The notes below the pieces were generated by a model. That model worked only from the letters and a program-made list of their open reading frames with translations, had not been told where the DNA came from and did no database searches. Shown piece after piece: positions 28,141 to 37,807 of a stretch of 62,023 bases of DNA (the first letter of the stretch is position 1; each line of letters begins with the position of its first letter). Source of the stretch: Thermoplasmatota archaeon (lineage in GTDB: Archaea; Thermoplasmatota; E2; DHVEG-1); assembly GCA_046496795.1 (NCBI GenBank), contig JAWOGM010000039.1:1-62023 (forward strand). The letters run 5' to 3'. A program made the position numbers and the translations under genes.

Positions 28141-29133
28141 ATGAATAATCTTGAACAAAATTTACCTATTTATAATAGTATTTTAAAACAAAAAAAGAAA
28201 GCAAGGTATCTTATTTGTAAAAATGTTAGTGTTTCATTTAATACCAATGAATCGACAGAATCATTATGGAAAAAACATACCATCGCATTACAAAAACAGA
28301 TTATAGAACGTAACAAAAAACAACAAAGTCTATTAGATTTAAAAATTGAGTTAGCCTATCGATTATTTCAAGAATGTATCTTTTGCGAACGAAGATGTAA
28401 AATTGATAGGCGATACAATGCAGGGGATTGTGGAGTAAAAAATTCAAGGATAGCATCAGAGTTTCTGCATAGAGGCGAAGAATATTTTCTAGTCCCCTCC
28501 CATACTATATTTTTTTCTGGCTGCACATTTCATTGTGTTTTCTGTCAAAATTATGATATCAGCCAACATCAATGTGGTACATCACTATCTCCCTCTGAAG
28601 TATCACAGCTTATATCTACAAGAAAAAACCAAGGGGCAAAAAATGTGAACTGGGTTGGTGGTGATCCAACATCACATCTATACTATATCCTTTTAGTACT
28701 AAAAGAATGTGACCTAAATATCCCGCAGATATGGAATTCCAATATGTATTGTTCAACGGAAACTATGCTATTACTCAATGGAATTATCGACCTGTATCTC
28801 ACCGATTACAAATATGGAAATGATAAATGCGCACAGCGGCTCTCAAAAATTCCTGAGTACTCAAAAACTATACAAAGAAACCATACTATAGCAGCTCAAC
28901 AAGGAGATGTTGTAGTTCGCCATCTTGTCATGCCAAATCATATAGCATGTTGTTCAAAAAAGATACTTCATTGGATCTCCGACAATCTTTCCCGGGCACC
29001 TCTAAATATAATGGCACAATACCATCCTGAATATCATGCAAAAGACTACAATGACATCAATTGTTTTCTTACCAACAAAGAATTCAACATTGTTCAAAGC
29101 ATCGCTGAACAATTGCATCTAAAAATTCTTTAA
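28141..29133 (+). CDS. radical SAM protein, PflX-like (putative glycyl-radical/other activase family)
   Basis: CX3CX2C cluster motif FFSGCTFHCVFCQNYDIS, GGDP motif WVGGDPT, plus an N-terminal CxxC...C (CIFCERRCKIDR). Confidence 0.8.
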   Translation: MNNLEQNLPIYNSILKQKKKARYLICKNVSVSFNTNESTESLWKKHTIALQKQIIERNKKQQSLLDLKIELAYRLFQECIFCERRCKIDRRYNAGDCGVKNSRIASEFLHRGEEYFLVPSHTIFFSGCTFHCVFCQNYDISQHQCGTSLSPSEVSQLISTRKNQGAKNVNWVGGDPTSHLYYILLVLKECDLNIPQIWNSNMYCSTETMLLLNGIIDLYLTDYKYGNDKCAQRLSKIPEYSKTIQRNHTIAAQQGDVVVRHLVMPNHIACCSKKILHWISDNLSRAPLNIMAQYHPEYHAKDYNDINCFLTNKEFNIVQSIAEQLHLKIL

Positions 29134-30956
29134 TAGTATCTTGTATAGCGAATATAAGCAGCAATTCCAATAATAAAAACAGCAGTAAAAATGACAATTA
29201 AATACCAATAATCAAAACCTTGGATATTTTTTATTACTACATTTGTTGATGTAGACGTATATCCTGCTTTTGTCACCGTTATTAAATGAACCTCATCCCA
29301 ATCAACCTCCGGAGTTGAAAACTTTGCTTCTCCTCTGAAATTTGTGTGTAATGTTGTACCTCTAAAACTAACCTGTGCATTACTCACGGGATTTCCAAGA
29401 CCATCTCGTATCGTTACAATAAATATTTCTTTTTCAAAGATTGTGGGTTGAATCGAAATTTGAAGTTTTCTTGAGAGTGGTTCAGTTGGGCCCTCTTTGC
29501 TTAAAACCTCTATCAAGAAAAATGCAGGCACATATCCTGCTTTATACACCTCAATGGTATAAAAAGATGAAACAGCGACAGCAGGCGCATAAAAGTATAC
29601 CAAACCCAGTTCATTTGTGAACTGTTTCTGAGAGTGGAAAACCACCATCGCACCAGGTAACGTAACATTATGTTCATCTTTTACAATAACCGAGAAGGCT
29701 TCTGATTCATTTACAAATGAGGGGGCTTCAATAAATAATTTAGCAGTGTCTTCACTCATATCTCTGACAGTAATAAAAGACTCAGCAAAATTAAACCCAG
29801 GTTTAATTGCATAAATATAAAACTGAGTGTCCATAAAAACAGGTGGAGTAAAAAAATTTAACAATCCTTCAGAATCAGTCATTCCATCGAGTTCATCTGA
29901 ACCCCGCCAAATTGTCACATCAGAAATACCTAATCCAATATCATTAGTTACTTTAACCGTTACAACACTTCCCTCCTGAATCTCAGAGGGTATCACAGCA
30001 ATAAATAAATCAGAAAGAAAATCTTTACGAAACAAACTAATATAATACTGTTCCTCATCAAAAAAGGTTTGATATCCCTCCTTAAAAACGGTCACAGTAA
30101 AAAAATGATCATAATTAATATGAGGCGAAGAAAACAATACTCTGCCTGAGCTATCAGTCCTATAACTCTCAAATAATTCCCCCTCATAATATAGATCAAC
30201 AGACACATTTTCTAGCGGTCCTAATTTTGAAAACACTTTTATTTCCCCATCATCTCTACCAGGTTCTATAATGGAGGGAATAAACACTTCCATAAGTTGT
30301 ATGCCACGAGTATACTCATATATTGTAATCATCGTTGAAAAAGACTGATAGCCAGATTTATTTACTATTAATCCATAATTTGTTGTCACCAAAACATCAG
30401 GTGCGGTCAAGACTACTTCTCCCAAAGAATCGGTACGATACAACTCAGAATCAAACCAAACATGTGCATCATCAACACCTTGTTTCCCATCTGTAACGCT
30501 TACCTTGAACTCTTGAGTTTCAATAATATAATCATCTGAAAAAGAAACAAACAAAACCGCAGTTTTTGATTTAACAAACAGAACATGAGACACCGAAATC
30601 TCATCAAGAATACTAGCCGTAATAATATACTGTTTTTCTCCATACTCCACAGGTGGTGCAATAAAACTAATTTTTCCAGTAGTACTATTTGTATATGACG
30701 CAGGATAAACATCATCAAAAATAATATGAGCTTGAACAGGCTCTCCATCAAGAGTTACCATAAATTCAACCTCGTCGCCTTCAAAAACAGCTGAAGGACC
30801 ATGAATTTCTAACACGTTTTGAGCAGAACAAAAAGAAGGTAAAAAAATACTATACAATGAAATAAACAGCAAAATGGTTAACAAACATGTCTGTATCTTT
30901 TTGATTTTTATTCCTCCAAACTGAGAATCAATCTGTATTGGTACGAGGCATCTCAT
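29130..30956 (-). CDS. 608-aa surface protein with tandem CarboxypepD_reg/Ig-like repeats and C-terminal TM anchor
   Basis: N-terminal signal/TM. Five modules end in K-x-G-(Y/F) strands (KSGYQSFSTMITI, KEGYQTFFDE, KPGFNFAESFITV, KAGYVPAFFLIEV, KAGYTSTSTNVVI). C-terminal TM YLIVIFTAVFIIGIAAYI followed by RYTRYY. Confidence 0.7.
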   Translation of the reverse strand: MRCLVPIQIDSQFGGIKIKKIQTCLLTILLFISLYSIFLPSFCSAQNVLEIHGPSAVFEGDEVEFMVTLDGEPVQAHIIFDDVYPASYTNSTTGKISFIAPPVEYGEKQYIITASILDEISVSHVLFVKSKTAVLFVSFSDDYIIETQEFKVSVTDGKQGVDDAHVWFDSELYRTDSLGEVVLTAPDVLVTTNYGLIVNKSGYQSFSTMITIYEYTRGIQLMEVFIPSIIEPGRDDGEIKVFSKLGPLENVSVDLYYEGELFESYRTDSSGRVLFSSPHINYDHFFTVTVFKEGYQTFFDEEQYYISLFRKDFLSDLFIAVIPSEIQEGSVVTVKVTNDIGLGISDVTIWRGSDELDGMTDSEGLLNFFTPPVFMDTQFYIYAIKPGFNFAESFITVRDMSEDTAKLFIEAPSFVNESEAFSVIVKDEHNVTLPGAMVVFHSQKQFTNELGLVYFYAPAVAVSSFYTIEVYKAGYVPAFFLIEVLSKEGPTEPLSRKLQISIQPTIFEKEIFIVTIRDGLGNPVSNAQVSFRGTTLHTNFRGEAKFSTPEVDWDEVHLITVTKAGYTSTSTNVVIKNIQGFDYWYLIVIFTAVFIIGIAAYIRYTRYY

Positions 30957-31011
30957 CTTCGTGATAATATGAATGAAACAATATTTAACTTTTTAGCTCT
31001 ATGTAGTATCC

Positions 31012-31737
31012 ATGAGTTGGAGGTTGATAATAACTAAAAACACAAATCCGTATTATGTCACTGCTGCAGATGAAGCAATAGCTGAGGCAAGAAAAGCAAA
31101 AAAAGTTACAAATACACTGCATTTCTATCAAAGAAACCCCCCTTCAGTATCAGTTGGAAGATCAAAAAAGATAAAGGACGATATCAATCTTAGAGAATGT
31201 AAAAAAAACAATATTGCAATTGTACGAAGAGCCACGGGCGGTGGAACAATTTTTACAGACAAAGGATGCCTCATCTATAGTCTAGTTTTTGATAAAAACG
31301 ATCTAGAAATAAGCTGTCCTTCAGAAATATTTGAAATCGTTTGCAACTCAATTGTATCGGGATTAGAAAAACAAAATATCAATACGGCATACAAACCACC
31401 AAATGATATCCTTCTCAATGGTAAAAAAATATCAGGTTCAGCTCAAATACAAAAAAAAGACATTATCTTAATTCATGGAACAATCCTTATTCATACCGAC
31501 CTTGTTTTACTTCAAAAAGTATTAAAGCAAACAAAAAAAGATTATGTTTCAACAGTTAATCTAGAAACAAAAAAACCCTTCCAAATTCATACTATGCGAG
31601 AACTATTAATACATGAATTTGAATCAACACTTCATACCAAATTTACACGCACATCACTTTCAGAGTATGAAAAAAAATTATGTGATACATTACTAGAGAC
31701 TCGATACAAAAAAGACATCTGGACCTATGGTAGATGA
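31012..31737 (+). CDS. lplA: lipoate-protein ligase A catalytic domain (LplA-N / BPL_LplA_LipB family)
   Basis: LHFYQRNPPSVSVGRSKK, VRRATGGGTIFTD and GKKISGSAQ (conserved Lys). At 241 aa it lacks the LplA C-terminal accessory domain. Confidence 0.85.
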   Translation: MSWRLIITKNTNPYYVTAADEAIAEARKAKKVTNTLHFYQRNPPSVSVGRSKKIKDDINLRECKKNNIAIVRRATGGGTIFTDKGCLIYSLVFDKNDLEISCPSEIFEIVCNSIVSGLEKQNINTAYKPPNDILLNGKKISGSAQIQKKDIILIHGTILIHTDLVLLQKVLKQTKKDYVSTVNLETKKPFQIHTMRELLIHEFESTLHTKFTRTSLSEYEKKLCDTLLETRYKKDIWTYGR

Positions 31738-31743
31738 TACATT

Positions 31744-32613
31744 ATGAATGTCAAAAAAGTGAATGCATTCACCAATCAGTTATATGGGGGAAATCCCGCA
31801 GGAGTTGTTATCGACTCACCAAAATTAACAGATCTTCAAATGAAAACAATTACCAGCAAGCTACAAGTATCAGAAACTGCATTTGTATATCCAAGCAGTA
31901 TTGCCGATTACAAAGTAAGATTTTTTTCACCAACAATTGAAGTAAACCTTTGTGGACATGCAACCATTGCAACTTTTTTTACATTAGCAGAACAAAAACT
32001 TCTCAATCATGAAAAAGAAAAAATACAACTTGACCAAGAAACAAAAGCGGGAATTCTTCCTGTAGAAATTATATACTACAACAATGTCGTTGAAAAAATT
32101 ATGATGACACAACCAAAACCAATTTTTAAAGGCATACATATACATAGTAAATCTATAGCGCAATGCTTAAATATACAAGAATCAGACATTGACTCCTCGT
32201 TACCAAAACAAATCGTATCTACAGGTCTATTTACCTTGCCTGTCTGTGTTAAATCATTAAATGTGTTACAATTTATGAAACCAAATTTTGACGCAATAAA
32301 AATATTATGTGAAGCTCTTAATGTAGGTAGCATACATGTATTTAGCTTTGACACTATTGAAAAAACATCACTATATCATGCTCGAAATTTCGCTCCAGTC
32401 TATGGAATAAATGAAGATCCAGTCACCGGCACAGCAAATGGAGCAGTATGTAGTTATTTATTAAAAAATAAAATACTTACAGAAAAAAACTATATCTGTG
32501 AACAAGGAGATATAATGGGAAGACCTGGAAGAGTATTTGTTGAACTTGATACTATTACAATCAAAGTAGGAGGGAAAGCACGATTTGTTGAAGAAAAAAC
32601 AATCATCCTATGA
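31744..32613 (+). CDS. PhzF-family isomerase/epimerase-like protein
   Basis: VNAFTNQLYGGNPAGVV N-terminal signature, SETAFV, FFSPTIEVNLCGHATIA, NEDPVTGTANG. Confidence 0.85.
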   Translation: MNVKKVNAFTNQLYGGNPAGVVIDSPKLTDLQMKTITSKLQVSETAFVYPSSIADYKVRFFSPTIEVNLCGHATIATFFTLAEQKLLNHEKEKIQLDQETKAGILPVEIIYYNNVVEKIMMTQPKPIFKGIHIHSKSIAQCLNIQESDIDSSLPKQIVSTGLFTLPVCVKSLNVLQFMKPNFDAIKILCEALNVGSIHVFSFDTIEKTSLYHARNFAPVYGINEDPVTGTANGAVCSYLLKNKILTEKNYICEQGDIMGRPGRVFVELDTITIKVGGKARFVEEKTIIL

Positions 32614-32647
32614 TACAACTGATTCCGCAGCGATCAGTATCTATAAT

Positions 32648-33799
32648 ATGATACCTGAAGTTACAAAAACATATCACCTTCCCGATGAAATCGTAATATA
32701 TGACAGTACACTTCGCGATGGAGAACAGATGCCTGGCATCTCCTTTTCCATGGAACAAAAAATCGCGATTGCACGAAAGCTGGATGAAATTGGAATACCT
32801 GAAATTGAAGCAGGGTTTCCCGCTGTTTCAAAAAAAGAAAAAGAAACAATAAAAAAGATTACTCAAGAAGGTCTAAACGCAAAAATACTTGTCCTCTCCC
32901 GTCTGAAAAAGCAGGACATCGATGCAGCAATAGATTCCGATGCAGATATGATTCTATTATTTATAGCATCATCACCAATTCATCTACAATACAAACTTCA
33001 TATTTCAATTGAAGAAATAAAACAGAAAATTGTCAGCTCAATTGATTATGTAAAAGATCATGGAATACAACCAAGTTTTAGTACTGAAGACAGTACACGA
33101 ACACCACTTTCTAGCCTGCAAGAGCTTGTGTCTCTTGCTGTTGAAACAGGAGCAACACGAATAGGTTTTACCGATACCGTTGGATGTGCCACACCCCAAA
33201 GTATCCAATATCTATTTAGTCAAATGAGAACAATTGTTACAACACCGTTCTCTGCTCATCTACACAATGATTTTGGTTTAGGTCTTTGTAATGCACTTAG
33301 CGCACTCTCTAGTGGGGCTAAACATATCTGTACAACTATTAATGGATGGGGAGAACGAGCAGGAAACATACCCTTGGAACAATTAGTTATGACCCTTCAG
33401 ATTCTTTATAACAAAAATCTTGGTATTGATACCTCTGAGTTTACCACACTTTCAAAGATGATATCTGATTTTACAAAAATACCTATCCCTCCTACTCAAC
33501 CATTTGTTGGATCAAATATCTTTACCCATGAATCAGGAATCCATGTCGCAGCAGTTCTTGAAAACCCATATACCTATGAACCAGTCACCCCTACACTTGT
33601 TGGAAATTCTCGTCAGCTCATTATTGGAAAACATAGTGGAAAACATATCGTAAAAAAAATATTACAGGATAATAACATCGTTTTAGACGAAAAATCAATT
33701 GAAAATATAACAACAGAAATAAAAGAATTAGCAGAAAAAAATATTGTATTATCTCAAGAAGAAATAAAACAACTCGCACTACAAATCTCTGAGGAATAA
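32648..33799 (+). CDS. HMGL-like aldolase: homocitrate / 2-isopropylmalate / citramalate synthase family (short form)
   Basis: IYDSTLRDGEQMPGISFS, EAGFPA, HLHNDFGLGLCNALSAL, GERAGN, HESGIHV. Start set to ATG 32648, because the tool start at 32585 is TTG and lies inside the upstream gene. Confidence 0.8.
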   Translation: MIPEVTKTYHLPDEIVIYDSTLRDGEQMPGISFSMEQKIAIARKLDEIGIPEIEAGFPAVSKKEKETIKKITQEGLNAKILVLSRLKKQDIDAAIDSDADMILLFIASSPIHLQYKLHISIEEIKQKIVSSIDYVKDHGIQPSFSTEDSTRTPLSSLQELVSLAVETGATRIGFTDTVGCATPQSIQYLFSQMRTIVTTPFSAHLHNDFGLGLCNALSALSSGAKHICTTINGWGERAGNIPLEQLVMTLQILYNKNLGIDTSEFTTLSKMISDFTKIPIPPTQPFVGSNIFTHESGIHVAAVLENPYTYEPVTPTLVGNSRQLIIGKHSGKHIVKKILQDNNIVLDEKSIENITTEIKELAEKNIVLSQEEIKQLALQISEE

Positions 33800-33803
33800 G
33801 AAA

Positions 33804-34685
33804 ATGGAAAAGATATTTCGTGCGTATTATGTCTGGCCAAAATTTCCATCTATATCAATGTCAGGGACGCATTGCTTATTATCATGTAAACACTGCAACC
33901 ATACATATCTTAATGATATGCGCAATCTCACAACGTCAAGAGAAGTTACCCAAGCCTGTCAAAAATTTGTAGAAGAAGGTGCAGTAGGTTTTTTACTCAG
34001 TGGAGGCTGTGATAAAAACGGAATGATGTTAAATTTACATCGATTACTTCCCACAATAAAAAAAATCAAAAAAGAAACAAATTTAATAATTAAATTACAC
34101 GCTGGTTTTGTAGATAAAAATCTTGCTGAAGAGATTGTTTCTGCAGGTGTTGATATTGCATCAGTTGAAGTAGTTGGATCAAATCAGACCATAAAGGAAA
34201 TTTTTGATTTCCATGGTACCGTTGATTCATATGAAAAAACTCTCGAACATCTTCAAAACGCAGGAATACCCTATATTGTTCCGCATGTATGCATTGGACT
34301 TCATTATGGAGCTTTAAAAGGAGAGTTCCAAGCTCTTGATATGATAAAAAATACCTGTAATCCCTCAGTTCTTGTTTTTATTGTATTTCGCCCTACAAAA
34401 GGCACACAGATGCAAAATTGTCTGATACCTTCACCAAAGGACATATCAAAAGTGATACAATATGCAAAACAATTGTTTCCAAAAAAAGATTTATCTCTAG
34501 GTTGCATTCGTCCTCGATCAACATCAAGAAATGACATTGAACATGCAGCATTAGAAGCAGGAGTTACAAGAATGGAGATTCCATCCAAAAAAACGCTAAT
34601 TATTGCACAAAACATGGGTTATTCTATAAAAAATATCTCTGCATGTTGTGCATTACCAGAAGAATTAGAGTATTTAATAGTGTAA
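33804..34685 (+). CDS. radical SAM protein of unassigned subfamily
   Basis: CX3CX2C motif SGTHCLLSCKHCNH, GGC motif LLSGGCD, and additional conserved-looking Cys (CIGL, LGCIRPR, SACCALP). GAGGA lies 8 nt upstream of the ATG. Confidence 0.7.
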   Translation: MEKIFRAYYVWPKFPSISMSGTHCLLSCKHCNHTYLNDMRNLTTSREVTQACQKFVEEGAVGFLLSGGCDKNGMMLNLHRLLPTIKKIKKETNLIIKLHAGFVDKNLAEEIVSAGVDIASVEVVGSNQTIKEIFDFHGTVDSYEKTLEHLQNAGIPYIVPHVCIGLHYGALKGEFQALDMIKNTCNPSVLVFIVFRPTKGTQMQNCLIPSPKDISKVIQYAKQLFPKKDLSLGCIRPRSTSRNDIEHAALEAGVTRMEIPSKKTLIIAQNMGYSIKNISACCALPEELEYLIV

Positions 34686-34712
34686 GTATTAGAGATCTGC
34701 TATCATAAAGCT

Positions 34713-35948
34713 TTAAACTCCCATTGTTACCCGAAGTAGATTTCGCACGCCAGGAGAAAACCCTAAGATAAGTATTGCTATTTTCATCAGATTAGTAAAC
34801 ATGGGATGTTTTCCTAATTCATTCTTATAAAAGATATCAAACAGATATATCACAAAAATTATTAAAAAAAATTTAAGAATAGGAAATAACGGTGGCCAAA
34901 TCTCAAGCACTGCATGAGATGCGGGATGTTTCTCCATATATAGCGGGAGATTCATCTGAAGAGGATCATATATACTAACATATGTAGCAATTCCATCAAT
35001 TAAATGGCCGGTTATCATAGCAAGATTAAGTGGATTTTGATATACTCGTATTTTTTCATTGTTTTTAAAAAAAACAGTAGCGAAAAACACGCCAAACACT
35101 ATCAATCCAACCAACCCTATTACAAGGGCGAAAACATCAAATCGAACACCTTGAGAATAGCCCCATTGTTCACCAAGCAGCCATCGAGCAATTAAATACA
35201 ATGAGGACAGAAGAAATAATAGGCCACCAGTAAAAATAGTTGTATTTATACTGATTATTTTTGTTTTATAATACTGATACAAAAACGGAATGACAGCTAG
35301 AACTGAAACACCATATAAAAGCCATGGATCAAAAGAATAAAGACTATGTTTTGAGCCAAATACCCAAATCATTGTTCCAAAAATATTTAACACAAAAAAA
35401 ATAACAAGAGGATACAAAAAGCGTAAGGGATGTTTCAACGGATTAACCCATCGATTAAAAAGATACCCCAAAAATACAAAGAATAATGCATAAAATGCTA
35501 TCTGAATATATATAAGAGGAGAGATAAACCAATAGACAACAGGAAAATCAAAAAAATAGGTATCTTCTAGAACTCTTGTCACTGGCCCAAAAATAATGAA
35601 AGGAAGAAGAGCAAGACAAAATCTCCAATCAACTAAAATACCTAGTTTTTTTAAAATTTTATAAATGAAAAATATTGCTATCACAAGGATAACACCATAT
35701 GTAATCTCTGAAATAAGAGTATAACCTTCTTGAGCAGAAACTCCATTATGGGTTACCTGATGTCCAACTGCATCTGAAACTATTGGCCCCCAGTAATATT
35801 TCCATATCCATTGATCATAGATAAGATTTGGTGCAAGAAGATATCCAATACCTATAGATAGAAGTATAGTCAATATTAATCCAATTGTTAGGATATATCC
35901 ATTTTTTTGAATTACATTAAACAGATCCATACAAATAAGCAAAAACAA
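34713..35948 (-). CDS. polytopic archaeal membrane protein (DUF63-like, tentative)
   Basis: 411 aa with more than 10 TM segments. The ITGHLIDGIATYVSIYDP segment resembles my recollection of DUF63. Confidence 0.5.
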   Translation of the reverse strand: MFLLICMDLFNVIQKNGYILTIGLILTILLSIGIGYLLAPNLIYDQWIWKYYWGPIVSDAVGHQVTHNGVSAQEGYTLISEITYGVILVIAIFFIYKILKKLGILVDWRFCLALLPFIIFGPVTRVLEDTYFFDFPVVYWFISPLIYIQIAFYALFFVFLGYLFNRWVNPLKHPLRFLYPLVIFFVLNIFGTMIWVFGSKHSLYSFDPWLLYGVSVLAVIPFLYQYYKTKIISINTTIFTGGLLFLLSSLYLIARWLLGEQWGYSQGVRFDVFALVIGLVGLIVFGVFFATVFFKNNEKIRVYQNPLNLAMITGHLIDGIATYVSIYDPLQMNLPLYMEKHPASHAVLEIWPPLFPILKFFLIIFVIYLFDIFYKNELGKHPMFTNLMKIAILILGFSPGVRNLLRVTMGV

Positions 35949-35991
35949 AAAATAATATATTAAATCAACGGTTTACCTATTTGATTATATA

Positions 35992-37086
35992 ATGAATCGA
36001 TTTAGAAAATTCAAAACAATGATATTCCCCCGAGAAGTCATTGTTGGACATAACACAACAGAAGAAATAAAAGACATATGTCGACGTATAACAAATAGCA
36101 AAAATGCATTGATCATCGTTGATCAAAATACAAAAAAGATATCTGGAGATAAAATTTCAAAGATATTATCAGGAGCAGGATACGAAATTAACATGGTTGT
36201 CATTTCAACTCCACGAATTCATAAAGATGTGCATATCGCATGGCCGACGATGAAAGAAGTCAATCAGGTATTACGAGCTGCTGATAAATATAATTCAGAA
36301 TTTTTCCTTGGAGTTGGCGGTGGCTCAATTATTGACATTACAAAACTTGCTGCTTTTGAACAATCAAAATTATATGTAAGCATCCCAACATCCGCAGCTC
36401 ATGATGGAATGGCATCTCCTCGTGCAGCATTAAAAGATAAAAAAGGATCACTTTCTAAAGATGCTATGTCACCTATGGCAATTCTTGCAGATACAGCAAT
36501 TATTTCAAAAGCACCATATCGAATGCTTGCCTCTGGATGCGCAGATGTTATCTCAAATTTATCAGCTGTTAAAGATTGGGAACTTGCACATCGATTAAAA
36601 GATGAAGAATTTAGCACCTTTGCTGCATCTCTATCAGAAACTTCATCTAGACTCCTTCTTAATAAGGCTGATGATATTCGATCAGGGTTAGAAGAAGCAG
36701 TATGGCAAGCAGTGAAATGTATGATCACATCTGGTGTGGCAATGAGTGTGGCAGGAACAACACGCCCTGCTTCTGGATCTGAGCATATGTTTTCTCATGT
36801 TCTTGATAAAATTGCTCCTGGAAAAGCGCTTCATGGAGAGCAATGTGGCGTAGGAGCGATTATGATGATGTATCTTCATGGAGAGGATTGGGAGGAGATA
36901 CAGGAATTTTTAAAAACGATTGGTGCTCCAACAACAGCAAAAGAACTTGGAATACCAAAAAGAAAAATACTGGAAGCACTTCTCAGCGCACAAACAATAC
37001 GACCAGATCGATATACCATTTTAGGTGAGCAAGGATTAACTCCTGAGGCTGCAAAAAAATTAGCTAAAATAACTGGTGTCATCTAA
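35992..37086 (+). CDS. egsA: sn-glycerol-1-phosphate dehydrogenase (archaeal lipid backbone)
   Basis: Fe-ADH fold with GVGGGSIIDITK, the IPTSAAHDGMASPRAAL signature and HGEQCGVG metal site; about 360 aa. Confidence 0.85.
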   Translation: MNRFRKFKTMIFPREVIVGHNTTEEIKDICRRITNSKNALIIVDQNTKKISGDKISKILSGAGYEINMVVISTPRIHKDVHIAWPTMKEVNQVLRAADKYNSEFFLGVGGGSIIDITKLAAFEQSKLYVSIPTSAAHDGMASPRAALKDKKGSLSKDAMSPMAILADTAIISKAPYRMLASGCADVISNLSAVKDWELAHRLKDEEFSTFAASLSETSSRLLLNKADDIRSGLEEAVWQAVKCMITSGVAMSVAGTTRPASGSEHMFSHVLDKIAPGKALHGEQCGVGAIMMMYLHGEDWEEIQEFLKTIGAPTTAKELGIPKRKILEALLSAQTIRPDRYTILGEQGLTPEAAKKLAKITGVI

Positions 37087-37107
37087 ACTGTTAAGAGAAG
37101 AAAATAA

Positions 37108-37734
37108 TTAATGGCATTTAATATTATTAATTAAACCATCTTCCCCAATGATATCAGATATGGTCCCGAATCTATCGGAAACAATCTTTTCCCAATGTAT
37201 CGTATTGATAACGTTTGGTATATTAGAATTTGTTACATAGGCAATACCGATGCAAATTATTGATGTCCCCACTGTTGCACAATTCCATACTTCCCCAATG
37301 ATTTTAATTTGGTTATCAGTAGCTAAATCAATACCATCATAAAGCACATACAGTGTTTGATGAGAATTATCCAATGTTCGTTTTCCTGAACTGTTATATT
37401 CAAGACGAAGCGCGTCTACAAAAGTTTCTTCGATAGTATATCTCACTTGTTGTTCAATAGCTTCTTTATCAGAAAGAACTAGTGTTTTAAGACTGGAAAT
37501 TGTAAGGGTAGCTGGAAAATTACCTTTAATTTCATAGGTTACACTACACCATTTCTCCAATCCTAAAAAATGAGTTCCAGAATTTCGAAGGGCAGTGTTT
37601 TGATGCCATCCCTCTGATATGACTGACTCGTTTACATATGCACATTGTAATTCAACACAACCTGCGAAATGAATGCTACAAATATAAAGAAGTAGAATAC
37701 ATATCCCAAGAGTTCTCTTTTTGTTATCCTTCAT
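37108..37734 (-). CDS. putative secreted lipoprotein, unknown function
   Basis: Signal peptide with lipobox-like HFAGC (LLLYICSIHFAGC). No family recognised. Confidence 0.5.
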   Translation of the reverse strand: MKDNKKRTLGICILLLYICSIHFAGCVELQCAYVNESVISEGWHQNTALRNSGTHFLGLEKWCSVTYEIKGNFPATLTISSLKTLVLSDKEAIEQQVRYTIEETFVDALRLEYNSSGKRTLDNSHQTLYVLYDGIDLATDNQIKIIGEVWNCATVGTSIICIGIAYVTNSNIPNVINTIHWEKIVSDRFGTISDIIGEDGLINNIKCH

Positions 37735-37807
37735 TATCTTAGTCTGTAATATAGAAAATATTATACTTTAATGTACCGAAATAGAAAAAAAAAATAAGAT
37801 GATGTTT

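Noticed and set aside
31734-31940. 68-aa ORF overlapping the start of the phzF-like gene. Other nested ORFs occur at 4837-5040, 6196-6429, 32076-32354, 32661-32849, 34304-34615, 36399-37082, 55523-55870, 58120-58395, 58727-58999, 59128-59588 and elsewhere.
   Set aside because: All are nested in alternative frames or strands of confidently assigned genes.
32648-34685. The idea that the homocitrate-synthase-like gene plus the radical SAM gene equals NifV/NifB (nitrogenase cofactor).
   Set aside because: The radical SAM protein is only 293 aa, lacks the NifB-type motif and NifX-like domain, and no nifHDK/ENB genes are nearby.
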